The notes under the pieces are model-generated. The model saw nothing but the letters and a program-made list of their open reading frames with translations. It ran no database searches and was not told the DNA's origin. A stretch of 55,588 bases of DNA, filler included, from Platydemus manokwari (Eukaryota): the NCBI GenBank assembly GCA_037951405.1. It is 5 parts of 5 records of this genome, joined end to end, with 100 filler letters (N's around TTAATTAATTAA, not from the genome) between each part and the next. Parts side by side here need not be neighbours in the genome. Positions count along the whole stretch, not along the records: positions 30,208 to 43,657 come from JBBMOY011722510.1; positions 43,758 to 55,588 come from JBBMOY010447778.1; 3 more parts are not named here. One strand, given 5' to 3'. Below, in pieces: positions 37,473 to 49,719 of the stretch; the first letter of the stretch is position 1; every line of letters begins with the position of its first letter. Position numbers and translations under genes: made by a program.

Positions 37473-40400
37473 TCACTGTACTTGACATTCTATAAGGGAA
37501 TTAGCTGATTTATCATATGGGATCGGTATGGTTTCAGCGAACGAGCGTAGTAGATAAGTCATAGTTCCGTACCTACCGCTGGGACTAGTATCATAGAAAT
37601 ATATACATATGTGATTAGAACCACGACAATGTAGACTAGTGCGTCGCTCTTCTGTCATGTTCTTGGAACAACACATGGTAGAGTCTCCATTGAATTTCAC
37701 TTGATCCAATAAGAACAAATAATTAGCTCGAGATAATATTTTATCCATCGGTATCACGTAATTGATATCAATTTTATTTTCGACATCCAGTTCCACAAGG
37801 CTTGACAATACACAAAGAGCTTCAACAATCAATTGGCGATATTCAGGTACAGGAACACTATTGATAATACTTTCTACGACAAGAGCGAATTTTATTTCAC
37901 CTTTTGTCATCTGAAATATATAAAAATAGATATTATAAGAAATTGATAACATGACACAAATGGGAGATTTGAAATAAATTGGAAATTTTAGAAAAAAAAT
38001 TTAATAAAGTGTTAGGCAGTGAAAAATTATCTAATAAAATATTCCGAAATTTTAGATTTATTAAATGGGTTTTATCAAATCGCAGAATTATATACATCAG
38101 TGGTCTTCACACTTTGTGTTTTGCGACCCACTTTACGAGTCCAAATTTTTTCGCGACCCCTAGGGACTAAAATAAAAATGATAAAGTAATTTTTTAATAA
38201 AATTTTTTTTAAGACTAAAAAATTACAATATATTTAAAAATAACAACGATTTTGTATATTCTGCCATAAAACATCACATCTTGGCTCTATTTTAGTGATA
38301 GTTGGTCTCAGTACTATTTCCAGATACTTAAAATTCGATCGATATTTTTTCGTAATACAAGTCATGATCCCCAAAGAATTTTTCGTGCTCCCCTACCCCT
38401 TTGAAGAACACTGAGATACATAAATAATATAGATTTATTTTAAAAAATGACGGAATCATTTGGTACTCGATAAGATCTTTTATTTAACAAATCATTATAC
38501 ATTGTTAAAGATGATTATAATTTGATAAGATATTTACGTCAGTAATTATTAAATACTAATAGAGATTTGAATGGATAAATTAATTCATGAAAATAAATGA
38601 TCACCAGCAATTTTACCATATGTTTCAAAATCAATATCAATTCAGCATGCTCAAAATATCATATATCTAAGAGGACAGAATAAATCGATCTCAAATCAGA
38701 CTTAAATTTAAAAATAGGTTCAAAATTGCTATATTAGAATTCTTTGAATGGTTTCAAAATTAGTTTAGTAGCTTCTTATTAAATATAACATGGTTAAAAG
38801 AAATGGGTATAATTATCATAAATAAAATCTGTTTTACCAAGCAAAAAAATTTAGATTCATATTTCGGAGCTACTCATATTCAGAATTCTATTTATATACG
38901 ACCGACATTATAAAATAGTAGTGGTTTGATGAAAATCAATCGCCGACTTATACATAATAAATTAACAAAATAGAGTTTTGATATGATTTCTTGGACTAAA
39001 ATGTTCTCAAAAACCCAAATCTAGTTCAAACTAATACTGGATTTCGATTATTTACTTGAAATATAAATTGGTTTATTTAAGGTAGAATAAAAGACATTTA
39101 ATTAAATCCTGGAAACGCATTATTTTACTGATATGGTAAAATAACTCATTTTAATTCATTTTGTTTATTCTTCGACAAATAATTTAATTTTTGTTCTAAT
39201 AATCGTCAGCCTATACATAGTAGAGAGAATTCTGATAACAGAAATTAAATTTACAATTATTTATTGCAATTATAAAACACCAATTTCCTCATATTCAATT
39301 GATATCAGTGCCAGTATGAAGATAAAATATTTTCATATTCAATAAATAATGATATAAATTATTTGAGCTATATTTAGTGCAACAAGATCAGCAACAGATC
39401 ATTAGTGGAAAGAATTATTGTCATAATAAAATTAATCAAATATAATTGTATCACCCACATAAATAATCAGAGATATAGCTTTTTATTAAAAATATTTAAG
39501 AAAATATTACAGTGTTTATAAAGTTATTCGATAAGTAAATTCAAGCAAATCATGTAGAAAATAGTGTCGGTAAAGTAATATTTTCGTATTAATAAATTAA
39601 TATAAATGTAGATGGCACAGTTTCATGTCAGGATAGCAAGGGAAAACACCGATCATTGAAAACAGACCAATGATTACATAAGTTGACAGTAACAAATGGT
39701 GAAAGCACAATTTATGTGAATATTTTAGACAGTTTTTTAACGGACAAGACCATCAGACTAAATAGCAATTTTTCAAGATGAGCAAGATATTAATTTGAAA
39801 TTTTCAGAATTAAATTGAACACGGGAGAGGGATTGAAGGTTTACAAGAAATCAATAATAGAATTATAAATTGACAAAATACGTCTTAAATTAACCTCTTT
39901 TGTCAAATTATTTCCCAAACATCTATTAGCAATAGAAATTGCTTGTGTTCTTTCAATAACCTTCCATAGCTTCTCATAAAATTTAAATGGTACTCGATTA
40001 AGAGCACCATCTATTTTTCTTCGCCGAAGCCATTGACCAATTCTGTTGTTATCTTCACTATCATCTTTAAACGCTTCCTTATCTTCTGAGAAATCAGTAT
40101 CAAATCCCGAAATACTGAGAATCGGTTTCGTGCTCTAAATAATGAAAATTTTCTATTATTAGAAATTATTTAATTAAATTTAGAAGCACAACAAAATATC
40201 GAATTCAGCAAAGCGAATAACCCAAAAGCCAAAGTCTGTAATAAACATAATGTACAAGCATAATCAAAGCTGAAAAAAAGACAGAATGTGAATGATTATT
40301 ATAGATTTATTAAATGTATATTTCGCAACATTCCTTTTCCAGACCTCTGGTCGTAATTTTGCAAGTACGTATGAAATGATTTTTTTCCAATAAAATGCTC

Positions 40401-41781
40401 TAAGCAACATTTACAAGAGAATATAACATATATTTTATAGAAAAATCGATAATATATTTTTAATATATGGTATTCCCAAAATCTGTCTTCAGAGCTAATA
40501 TAAGAAATATAAGAATGTAATGACAATACGACCAAGAGAAAAATGATAATGAAGATAGGATTTTAATAAGTTCCTATTTATTGGTAGATTTATGGATAGT
40601 GACGAGTACATTATTTTAAAATAACTCTGACAGAATTGTCGTTTTGAATAAAATGATAAACCCTAGCATCACTATGAAAAGTTAAATATTCGACCATGGA
40701 ATTAGATTTTTACAACAAATTTCAAACATTGATCGAATTTTGATTTTAATTTTTCAAGTTTGTTTTGTATATAAATGATTGAAGGAAGACTCAAACATTG
40801 TATCCACTGTTATCAAGATATGAGTAGGCAACGAGTGTTATAACGTATATCAAATAGATATTTTTATATTATATTTATCATGAATTAATACATAAGAATA
40901 TCTTAATAAATCGAGAGGAAGAAATAATAAAATTTCAAATGAAATAACAAATTACCTGAAAGCCACTCCTTCTCCTTTCGCGTCTAGCTAAAAGTATAAA
41001 TCAAATCGACAACCCAAACCACTACTAATCAAAAAAATAAATGCTAAAAATCTACGAAATCACAAATGAAATAACCAGTATGTATATATTTGTAATATAT
41101 TTTTAACTCAATCAACTAACTTGGGACTTAATAGTTATCACAGAACTATAAGTTGATTTTATAGAACCTATTGATGTTTTATTACCTTTCCTTTTATCTA
41201 AATAAAAATGAATAAACTATTCACTATCTTCAAAATTCATTAGTAGTAAAATGAATAACATTTATATCTATTACTTATTTAATTATAAATCGATAGGAAG
41301 ACAATCTAAAAGCTAGAATTTATGCGAAGATAAATTGAAAATGAATTTATCGAGCTAAGACTGATAAATGATATATAGCGAATATATTCAGTAAGCGCTA
41401 CTTAATAAGATATTTAGAAAATAAATAATGAAATATAATCAAGAACTGTAAAAGAACACATTTCAAAAATAAGAAATTCAAATCACCTATTCAAAAATAT
41501 ATCGCGTTTGGACATTAATCCACCTTTCAAGTAGATCATTGTTTAATTTAATAATAAATCACCGGTATATCAACACTCAAAGCAGTGAAATAACAACATT
41601 GATACGATAGTAGAAGCAAATTATTATAATACAAATATTGATGCAACTATATGTGTGCATAAAATAGAAAATTAAAAATACTGGAATCAGGAACATCTAA
41701 AGCAATAAGACATTGTCATTAAAACTACCTGAAGGATCAAGAAAATCAGGTATCCATTTCAAAGAAAAATACGATTGACTT
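37473..41781 (-). CDS. PHKA: Phosphorylase b kinase regulatory subunit alpha (PHKA1/2-like), 3' portion; 5' exons not resolved or beyond the gap
   Basis: Exon 39895-40134 encodes GQWLRRRKIDGALNRVPFKFYEKLWKV. It splices in phase 0 to the terminal exon 37473-37910: MTKGEIKFALVVESIINSVPVPEYRQLIVEAL...FYDTSPSGRYGTMTYL...CQVQ*. The CAAX end resembles PHKA CAMQ/CQMQ. Candidate upstream micro-exons at 40956-40987, 41121-41197 and 41729-41781 are less certain. Confidence 0.93.
38098..38413 (-). mobile_element. Internally deleted hAT (Buster/Charlie-type) element in a PHKA intron, 316 bp
   Basis: TIRs CAGTGGTCTTCA / TGAAGAACACTG. TSD ATATACAT/AGATACAT (7/8). GCGACCC subterminal motifs. Minus-strand remnant MTCITKKYRSNFKYLEIVLRPTITKIEPRCDVLWQNIQ resembles the C-terminus of Buster/ZBED5-type transposases. 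Confidence 0.88.
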
Positions 41782-41811
41782 CTGAAAACTAGATACTAAT
41801 AGATAAAGTTA

Positions 41812-41812
<1 letters not shown>

Positions 41813-41850
<38 letters not shown>
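41813..41850. repeat. (AAT)n microsatellite
   Basis: Pure run inside a PHKA intron. Confidence 0.9.
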
Positions 41851-41851
<1 letters not shown>

Positions 41852-42905
41852 TCAGTTAATGTTAAAAATATAAATGTGAAAATAATTTCATTTGTGAATA
41901 TATTAAGTAAAAAAAGAAACTACTAAAACTGAATTAGAAACAATAATAGTAATAATATAATCATTATGTATTATTTTCACTAAAAAAACTAATGGATAAC
42001 AATCACAAACATTTATAACATGTTACACAATGGGAAATACGCTTGAATTAACAATTTCCAGTCTCAATAGCTTTAGAAAAAAATATAGCAACAATATTTA
42101 AATCGAAAAAGATTAAAATAAAAAAAGATATAAAATAATATAAATTTATAGTATGAAGTGAAACCATATTGGAAATTATACCGATTAGACACGAAAATGA
42201 TAATGAATATTAATAAATACACCCACCCATCCCGGATTAGTCATTTGGTGTAATAATTGAAATGATATTTTAATTGTGCTTAAAAATAATATTCTCCGAC
42301 CGGAAAAAGTTAACAGAACATTCATGCTAACGTAACCATGCGGGACTTTCAAAACGTAATACTTGTTTCAGGTACAAGAGCTTGCTCAATGACAGGTTTT
42401 TTAAAGATTTTTGCTAAATAATTAACATAAATGGACCTCAAAATAAATTTATTCAACAATTTATATTTTCATGGGAATATAATTGCAGCGATAACAATTA
42501 AATCAATCACGTGGTATATACGAATTGAGAAAATTATAATTTATTAATAATAAATCCGATTAGATTAAAGAAGAAAGTAAATTATTCAGTAATTTATATT
42601 TTCTTACAGGGCACTGACAACACAATGATTGGAAATTAATGAAAGATATTGTGAGCAGATTATATATAATCAGTTAATAGTACTCAATTATTATTTTAGA
42701 ATTGTCAACTGATTTTGATATAAAAATAATTGTATTCGATATTAAAATATAAAATCATACAAATATAATCACGGCTTGTTATTGTTTTTAGCTACATAAA
42801 ATATTACAAATAAATAACAAATCAATCTTCACATAAAGCCAAAATATTTTTATCAAATATCGATAAATTTATTATATGATTATAAAAATATTAATTTTAA
42901 AAATA

Positions 42906-43330
42906 TTGGGTTGGTGCATAAAATCGTGTGGTTTTATATGTTGCAAGGAAAACAGACCAACTTTTTTTGTTTTAACTGACTTGAGTTATATTCATTCGAC
43001 TGAATTATCTATTTAAATCATTTTATTGGAACCATCTTTCTGGTCTCACATTTAAAAACAAAGAACCAATAACCACGTCGATTAAAGAATTTTTCGACCA
43101 AAAATCACCAGGCTTCTTCAAACGTGGGACTGACAAACTGCCAGAATGGTGTAAGAAAGTGATCGATAATGGATGAGAATATTTCAGTGATTGACACTGA
43201 GATATTTGTTTTTTCTAATGATTTCAAAAATTCATTTTGTTATCTAGAATTTTTTGCATGGTTTTTATTCTTGATCAGTATACATTTTTCATAATTGTAA
43301 AAACCCGCACGAACTTATGACCCAACCCAA
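42906..43330 (+). mobile_element. Internally deleted mariner element (Hsmar1/cecropia-like TIR), 425 bp
   Basis: TA|TTGGGTTGGTGCATAAAATCGTGTGGTTTT ... AAAACCCGCACGAACTTATGACCCAACCCAA|TA. Remnant NHLSGLTFKN...IKEFFDQKSPGFFKRGTDKLPEWCKKVIDNG*EYFSD* matches a mariner transposase C-terminus. Confidence 0.92.
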
Positions 43331-43657
43331 TATATTCCATGTTTACCAAGCAATCTAAAATATTAAATGTTGATATCTCTCACGGTTAAGTAGTATTAAA
43401 TTTTTAAAACTTGTTAAAATTCTGGATATTTGCCTTTCTAGATAATAATTATTTCGATGCACGCACATATAGATAATCAATTTAAATAGTTTTAACGACA
43501 CAGTAATAATTGATAAAACATATTAAAAAATATAAATAAATTTATAAAATATTCTAATAAACCATCGTTTAAAATAATATAGATGTTTCCATAGATAATG
43601 TTTGTTACTTATATAATTTCTAATACAGTGAAGTTTATTAAACAAAACTTATTAAAT

Positions 43658-43757
43658 NNNNNNNNNNNNNNNNNNNNNNNNNNNNNNNNNNNNNNNNNNN
43701 NTTAATTAATTAANNNNNNNNNNNNNNNNNNNNNNNNNNNNNNNNNNNNNNNNNNNN
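43658..43757. other. Assembly linker
   Basis: Same 100-nt spacer. Confidence 0.97.
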
Positions 43758-43831
43758 TTACTATGCAAAATGTACTTTAAATAAATAAATATTTTTCAAA
43801 AAAAACCGAAATTTTAAGGTTATACACCTAA
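43758..43831 (+). mobile_element. mariner transposon 3' end (TIR) at a contig start
   Basis: Identical inverted copy of 11969-12040, ending ...TATACACCTAA|TA. Identity stops right after the TA target. Confidence 0.8.
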
Positions 43832-45479
43832 TAGATAAACAAATTTTATTAGAGTTTAATAAAGAAATAAAATCACATTATATAAGTTTATATTAATTTG
43901 GGAGAAAATAAATAAAATAAAATTCAAAGCAATGTTTTGGCTTCGTCCCGACTGCTCGCTTTCGCGATCACAGTCATTCGCATGTCGACCCCTAAGCTGG
44001 ATGCTCTGAGATGCGGTAGGGGGACTATCCTTGGGTGAATTCACAATCGGAGCAGTAGTCTGGGTAGATCTAGAGTTTTAATTTTAGATTTATTAAAATT
44101 ATGAAAAATAGGAGTCTTATGTGAGTTGGATTGATTTGGTGTGATGATAGTTTCATTATTAACTGTTCTCGGGGCATCGTATCTGTTATTGGTATGGGAA
44201 TGAGTTTTGGGTGCGGGTGGATCAGGTGGTGTAAGGCAGATGATCCAGTGGAGCATATTCTTCCGATCTTCGAATGGAGGCAGAGTGTAGGCCCAGGTTT
44301 TGGTTACGATCATCTAAAGAAGAATTATTATAATTAATATATGGATTGCGTAATCCACTGTGTTGATCTGTTCCAGTGGGTCTGAGAGCCTGTTCATCCA
44401 GATTGTTCTGTTTAAAATTAAAATGAGTATATTTATTTGAATAATTAGCACGATAATTATTAAAACAATTACAATTTTATATTATAGATTATTTTAATTT
44501 GTTATTTCATTACTTTAATTTGAAAGTCTTTTTATCAAGTTAATCATTTGAGACAAATATTCAGTACAATATAAGGCGATATTTAAAATTTAATTTACAT
44601 TTAAATATATAAACATTTTATTACTTATTTTATCATTCTATCTATCATATTTAGTTTCTTTTTGCTTAACTGAAGTAATTAAATGATTAATCATAACTTG
44701 AGTTATTTGATTAAATAACTAATTCCTTGTTAACAATAATCTTAATATCATAAACAAAAGAAATTATAGACAATTTTTAGATAATTGAATAAAAAATGTC
44801 TAGTATCATATTGAATCGTTGTTATTACCTACTTCAAAACCGTCAAAACTAATATCTTCAAAAAACACAAATGATCAATCAAATAAGGAATCTTAATAAG
44901 ATCACTGATGTTTCAATAATGAGACAAGTAATTTTGTAAACATTAAAATGACTTATCAAAGCAGTAATGTTTTTAATGAAATAAAGTTACATGTTAATAA
45001 AGTAGCTCTATCAAATATTCAACGCTGAACTATTGAATTATATGGAAGTAATGTATTCTGCATAACTATAAATATATAAAAATGGAGTGACTAATATCTA
45101 TAATTTTTATAGTATTAAAATGTTTTACCACCGTAGATGTTTAAATTGCGACTATCAATATAGATAATTAAATATCCAAATTTTGTTTGACGGCAAGTGA
45201 ATCTTGATAAATACCTTTGGTTTCCTTGAAAAATAACCATCTAATTACCCAAATTAACCTTGTATTTATAAGAGAAACCCTCATATATAATCAAAATACT
45301 TGTAAAATTAAACGATCTTCATATAGACTTGACTGAAGTTGAAGTCTAATAATAATTAATTATAAATGATGTTATACAATATTTTTATTTTAACTATAAT
45401 AGTGTTGTTGTGTTTTGAATGGTTTATTTTTTTACTATCTATTTAAGAATCTGAAGAAGCTCTATAATAATCAATGGTT

Positions 45480-47015
45480 TGTTAGGATCCCCACCTAACA
45501 ATCAATGGTAATAATTATCAGAGAATATATTTCCAAGCACATGTACATAAAAAACAATATATAAAGTCTTTATATTCCCAATCAAAGTTACACCGCGTGC
45601 ACATTATAACAATGCATATAAACATAATGCCATTGACTATGGACCGCATAAAAATATTTACTACATTGATCTAGCTGAGTCCTCAATCCAATTCAACCCA
45701 GAGCAGTAACAATTCCTGTGACAATAATGATCATTGCGCTGATATTTATAACAATTACATTATTTTGGTTTTGTGTATTGACACTTTTATGTTGAATTAT
45801 CACTTTTATGTCCAATAATCTTTGTGAAAACGTTTTTATGTTAGACAATCGTTATAATGTAATGAGGTGAAGGAGAGAGAGAGAAAGAGAGATTGGTAAA
45901 ATAAAATGATAAACATAAATTATAAATATAGCAGATAAATAATAAAGAATATATGTGTAAGATATTATATAATACTTATAAGGAAATAAATAATAATGAA
46001 TATATGTATAAGTATAAGAAATTAAAGAAAAAACAAATAATAATAAAAGTACATCATATTTACAATAAGTCAAACACTCTGGAACACAATTATCACAAAT
46101 AGGTAATTAAATAGAATGGAATATCGACATAATGCAAATTAATTGTCGACGGTGACAGTGTTACCAAAAATAGAAGGCGAAGGCTGGCGCAGCAAGGTAT
46201 AAATCCCCAGCTGTAAACAGAGTTAGACACACAACAAAAACTTTACCACAGTAAACACGAACAGATTAAATCTTCATTTACGAGTCAGAGTATAATTCGT
46301 CAACAATCAACGTGTGGGAAAGAATATCTTTGGAAGAGAAACGTTCAAGCGGATAACTAATTCCATACCTTTTCGAAAACTAACTAGAGCGGAGTAAAAT
46401 CCTTTTTATTGTAGTAATTTTATGATTCATCACTTTTAAAGTTATAATTTCAATCAATAATATTGCACTTACGTCATATTCTAACATTTTTGATTGTAAC
46501 ATTCAACTCATATTAATCATTGATAATAATCGTTCATTGATAATAACATCACAGTCATATTTGTGTATGACTGTATATTTTGTCAATAAGTATCTTCTAT
46601 TCAACAGATCTTTCCTCCGTCCACTTCGGAATTTGCTGGCTACTTGTTGAGGCAACGTGCGGGTCATTCATTCATATTTCTGTGTTATAGTTTCAGCTTT
46701 GTTCCGTTGTTTTCTCCAAAAATATATCTATAAAAATATAATTGTTTTGATTTGGAGATATCAACGGACTCATAAAGATTTTTTTACGTAAAAACTCAAA
46801 GACACTTTCGTACAATAATTAAAGTGGTTCATTGATTTATTCAAATTGCAGCATCGTCAACCAGCTTTGTCATCACCAAGGTTTAATAAGTCAACCCATT
46901 AAACTAACCTTTCGCTAACCATTTTTATAAATTTCCAGTAGTGAGGTCTCCATACCCCCCCTATTGAAGCCTCTTATAGGACCAGTAAAATAAGCTGAAA
47001 TAAGCCCCAATAACG
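45480..47015 (+). mobile_element. Diverged family-A LTR-like copy interrupted by a nested family-B element
   Basis: Starts TGTTAGGATCCCCACCTAACA. Shares ATGCC.TTGACTATGGA, AATCCAATTCAA, AATGATCAT and a 3' block (TATTGAAGCCTCTTATAGGACCAG...CCAATAAC) with 47440-48235. Confidence 0.45.
45858..46674 (+). mobile_element. Putative solo LTR, family B (nested)
   Basis: TGTAATGAGG start and GA-rich head. The end CGTCCACTTC...AGGCAACGTGCGGGTCATTCA resembles the end of the 1930-2590 element. Confidence 0.4.
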
Positions 47016-47439
47016 ACAAAAAATATTTATTTAATAGGTTTGTCAAAATTTAGAGTTTGTTGTTGATTATATTTAAACAATATAATTGTTGAAGAGCAAG
47101 ATCAACTCAAGAATAAACTCAGTCTTAATCCTCGTATTATCAATCAATTCAATTCCAATAATCGTACTCTCAACAGCCAGGATCATCTTAATCAGCATAT
47201 CTGAAGATAAGAGGCAAATCCCAATAATCCCAACTTACGAATCAAAGCCTGCAGAAATGAAAAGTTGACATTGATGATGACAACTGATTTAAAGACAATT
47301 TATTTTGATTTGATCTCTTTAATCTTACTCTTGATTTATTTGTGACTATTACCTCTTTAGTAATTTGTTTTGTAAATATTTTGATTTTTATGATTTTTTT
47401 GAAAAAATTATGTAAAAATTGTAAAAAAAATGTCTATAG

Positions 47440-48235
47440 TGTTGGGAGTCCCACCCAACATACTACATATTTTTAATTTTAATGCTATACAATATACTAC
47501 TACTATATGCTACTCATTTTAAAGCTATACTATATGCTACTTATTTTAAAGCTATACTATATGCTACTCATTTTAAAGCTATACTATATACTACTCATTT
47601 TAAAGCTATACTATATGCTACTCATTTTAAAGCCATACAAACTCTTATTATTAGAAGAATAAGACGTATATAGCAAAAACATATACACAACATATGCCTT
47701 TGACTATGGATGTAAAATACACCCAAATTCAAATCCAATTCAATTCGAATTCAAAGCTGATATTAGTTCCAACTGCTGTAACATTTAAACAATGATCATG
47801 CTGCGGAACCTTATGTTTATTTTAGGTGACAATTTAACAATAATGACCATTTTAATGTTTCATGTGTTGACTTTTTGACAATTTTTGTATTAATAACCTC
47901 GGCCATTGTTCCTTTTATTTCAAAAATATACGTATCATTATAATAATTATCTTTAGACTTTTGAATTACTACATCACAGCAGGCATACAATATAAAATAT
48001 ATAGAGTTGATAGCACTGAGTTACATTTAAATAACTGATTCATTAAATTTAGTTTGCAGAGTCAATGGCCCGGTTTATCTCATCACTATTAAATTTAACT
48101 TGGTTAAGTTATTCGTGACCTTAGCCTTACTAAATCCTTTAGACAAAATCAGTGATTGTTTCCCGATAACGTGATCATCACACCTGTTATTAAGGCCCCC
48201 TAAGAGCCAGGATAAAATAAACAAAACCAATAACA
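47440..48235 (+). mobile_element. Putative solo LTR (TGTT...AACA), family A
   Basis: Starts with the hairpin TGTTGGGAGTCCCACCCAACA and ends CCAATAACA. Colinear similarity to 45480-45850 plus 46830-47015. The 3' motif also occurs inverted at 21777-21825. Confidence 0.5.
47501..47635 (+). repeat. Five tandem copies of the 27-bp TACTATATGCTACTCATTTTAAAGCTA
   Basis: Near-identical units; source of the spurious (ILYATHFKA)n ORF. Confidence 0.93.
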
Positions 48236-49719
48236 TATTTAATAATAGTTAGAAAAAATAAAATTATAAATTCGTAAAAAATAAAATTATTTATATAATT
48301 ATGGTGTGGAAAAATGAATAGAGTAGTGGTGAAAATGTGAATTAAATTTAGAATAATAATAATACTAATAACAATAATAATTTATTGGAAAATAAAATAA
48401 TAATATTAATAAATAATAATAAAATTTATAAATATAAATTATAAATGTATGCGAAAATCGTATTTAAAATTGTGGGAGAAAAATAAATTAAAATTATTAA
48501 TGTATGCGGATTTGTAAAATAATTTTAAAATCTAATATGAAAAAAGAAAATAATAAGTAAAAATGATTATTCAGAATACGTCCTAGAAAATACTATAAAA
48601 GAAATGGAAAAATCACGAAATTCGCTCACACCAACAGACCTCTAACAGCGACTTTAGCTTGATTAAAAAAGAAAAATCTAAAAAAAATAATAAAACAAAA
48701 ATATATATCTATTGAAAAGCGAAAACCGAGTAAATAAAAAGGTGCGAATTTTTAAAGAGGCAAATATTTGAAGGGTCCACCCATATTATAAACTATATAC
48801 ATTCAAAATCTTATATCAACGCAACGAAGGTTCGATATCCGAGCCTTCCTTTATTGAGTACTTTTATTAAGTAGCGTGTTTGTGTAAATTTGATATACCG
48901 TTTGATTGCATAAATAAATCTGCGTGAAAAATCAAGATCTAAAGGGGTTTCTAATATTCATCATTGTACAAAAAATAGATATATTTGTATACTGTGTTAT
49001 AAACGAATAATTTTTACTGTTACATTCATTCTTCGTGTTGATTTATCATAATTATGTTGATTTATGTTTCTGAATATCATTATAAGAGCACGCACCTACC
49101 GGATTGACATTGCTCTTCAATCGATAATATCGAACTCTCTCTCTCACACACATATATATATAAACATCTAATAACCCCAACATAATGATACTTTAATTAA
49201 AATCGAACTCCAGTAGGCGTGATTCTTTTAAAGAAACAAAGCACTTTTATATAAATAAAAAAAATAAAATAAGTAAAGAATATTTCAATGAAATACAATT
49301 GTTAAATCGACATAGACTAAAATAAAATACAATATTGCCAAGAATTATCAAATATAATATGAATATATATGAGCAGCAAAATAATAAATAATCGATGCGT
49401 TCTGTAAATAATAAATTGATTGATTATTGAAAATTCCTTAGTTTTACATGAACGATTAAGTGTGAATCCAGTGCTTTGTTTGGTTTTTAAAGCGTTACTG
49501 ATAATAAGGACTAAAGTTTCGGTAAGAACTCTTTAAATATTGATTTTACGATTGAATTTAAAAATCAATTATAGATTGTACTGGATCCAAGCCAAGAATT
49601 ACCATTTCAAATCACATGGTTAAAATCAAGGTTATGCAGTTCATGATAAATATTAAATCAAATTTAATTATAAATTATAAATCAATACAACCCATCTGGA
49701 TGAATTAGTCAATATTTGT

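Noticed and set aside
3558-37952. Possible stop-codon reassignment (both complete gene ends use TGA; fragments contain in-frame TAA/TAG)
   Set aside because: Long conserved exons contain no in-frame TAA/TAG despite high AT, and the broken fragments also contain TGA and frameshifts. This is decay under the standard code.
43950-43975. SRP helix-8-like GAAA...AGCAG on the minus strand
   Set aside because: Lacks the opposing CAGG motif and the Alu domain; kept only as an unassigned structure.
47482-47673. ORF with ILYATHFKA repeats
   Set aside because: Product of a 27-bp minisatellite inside an LTR-like repeat.
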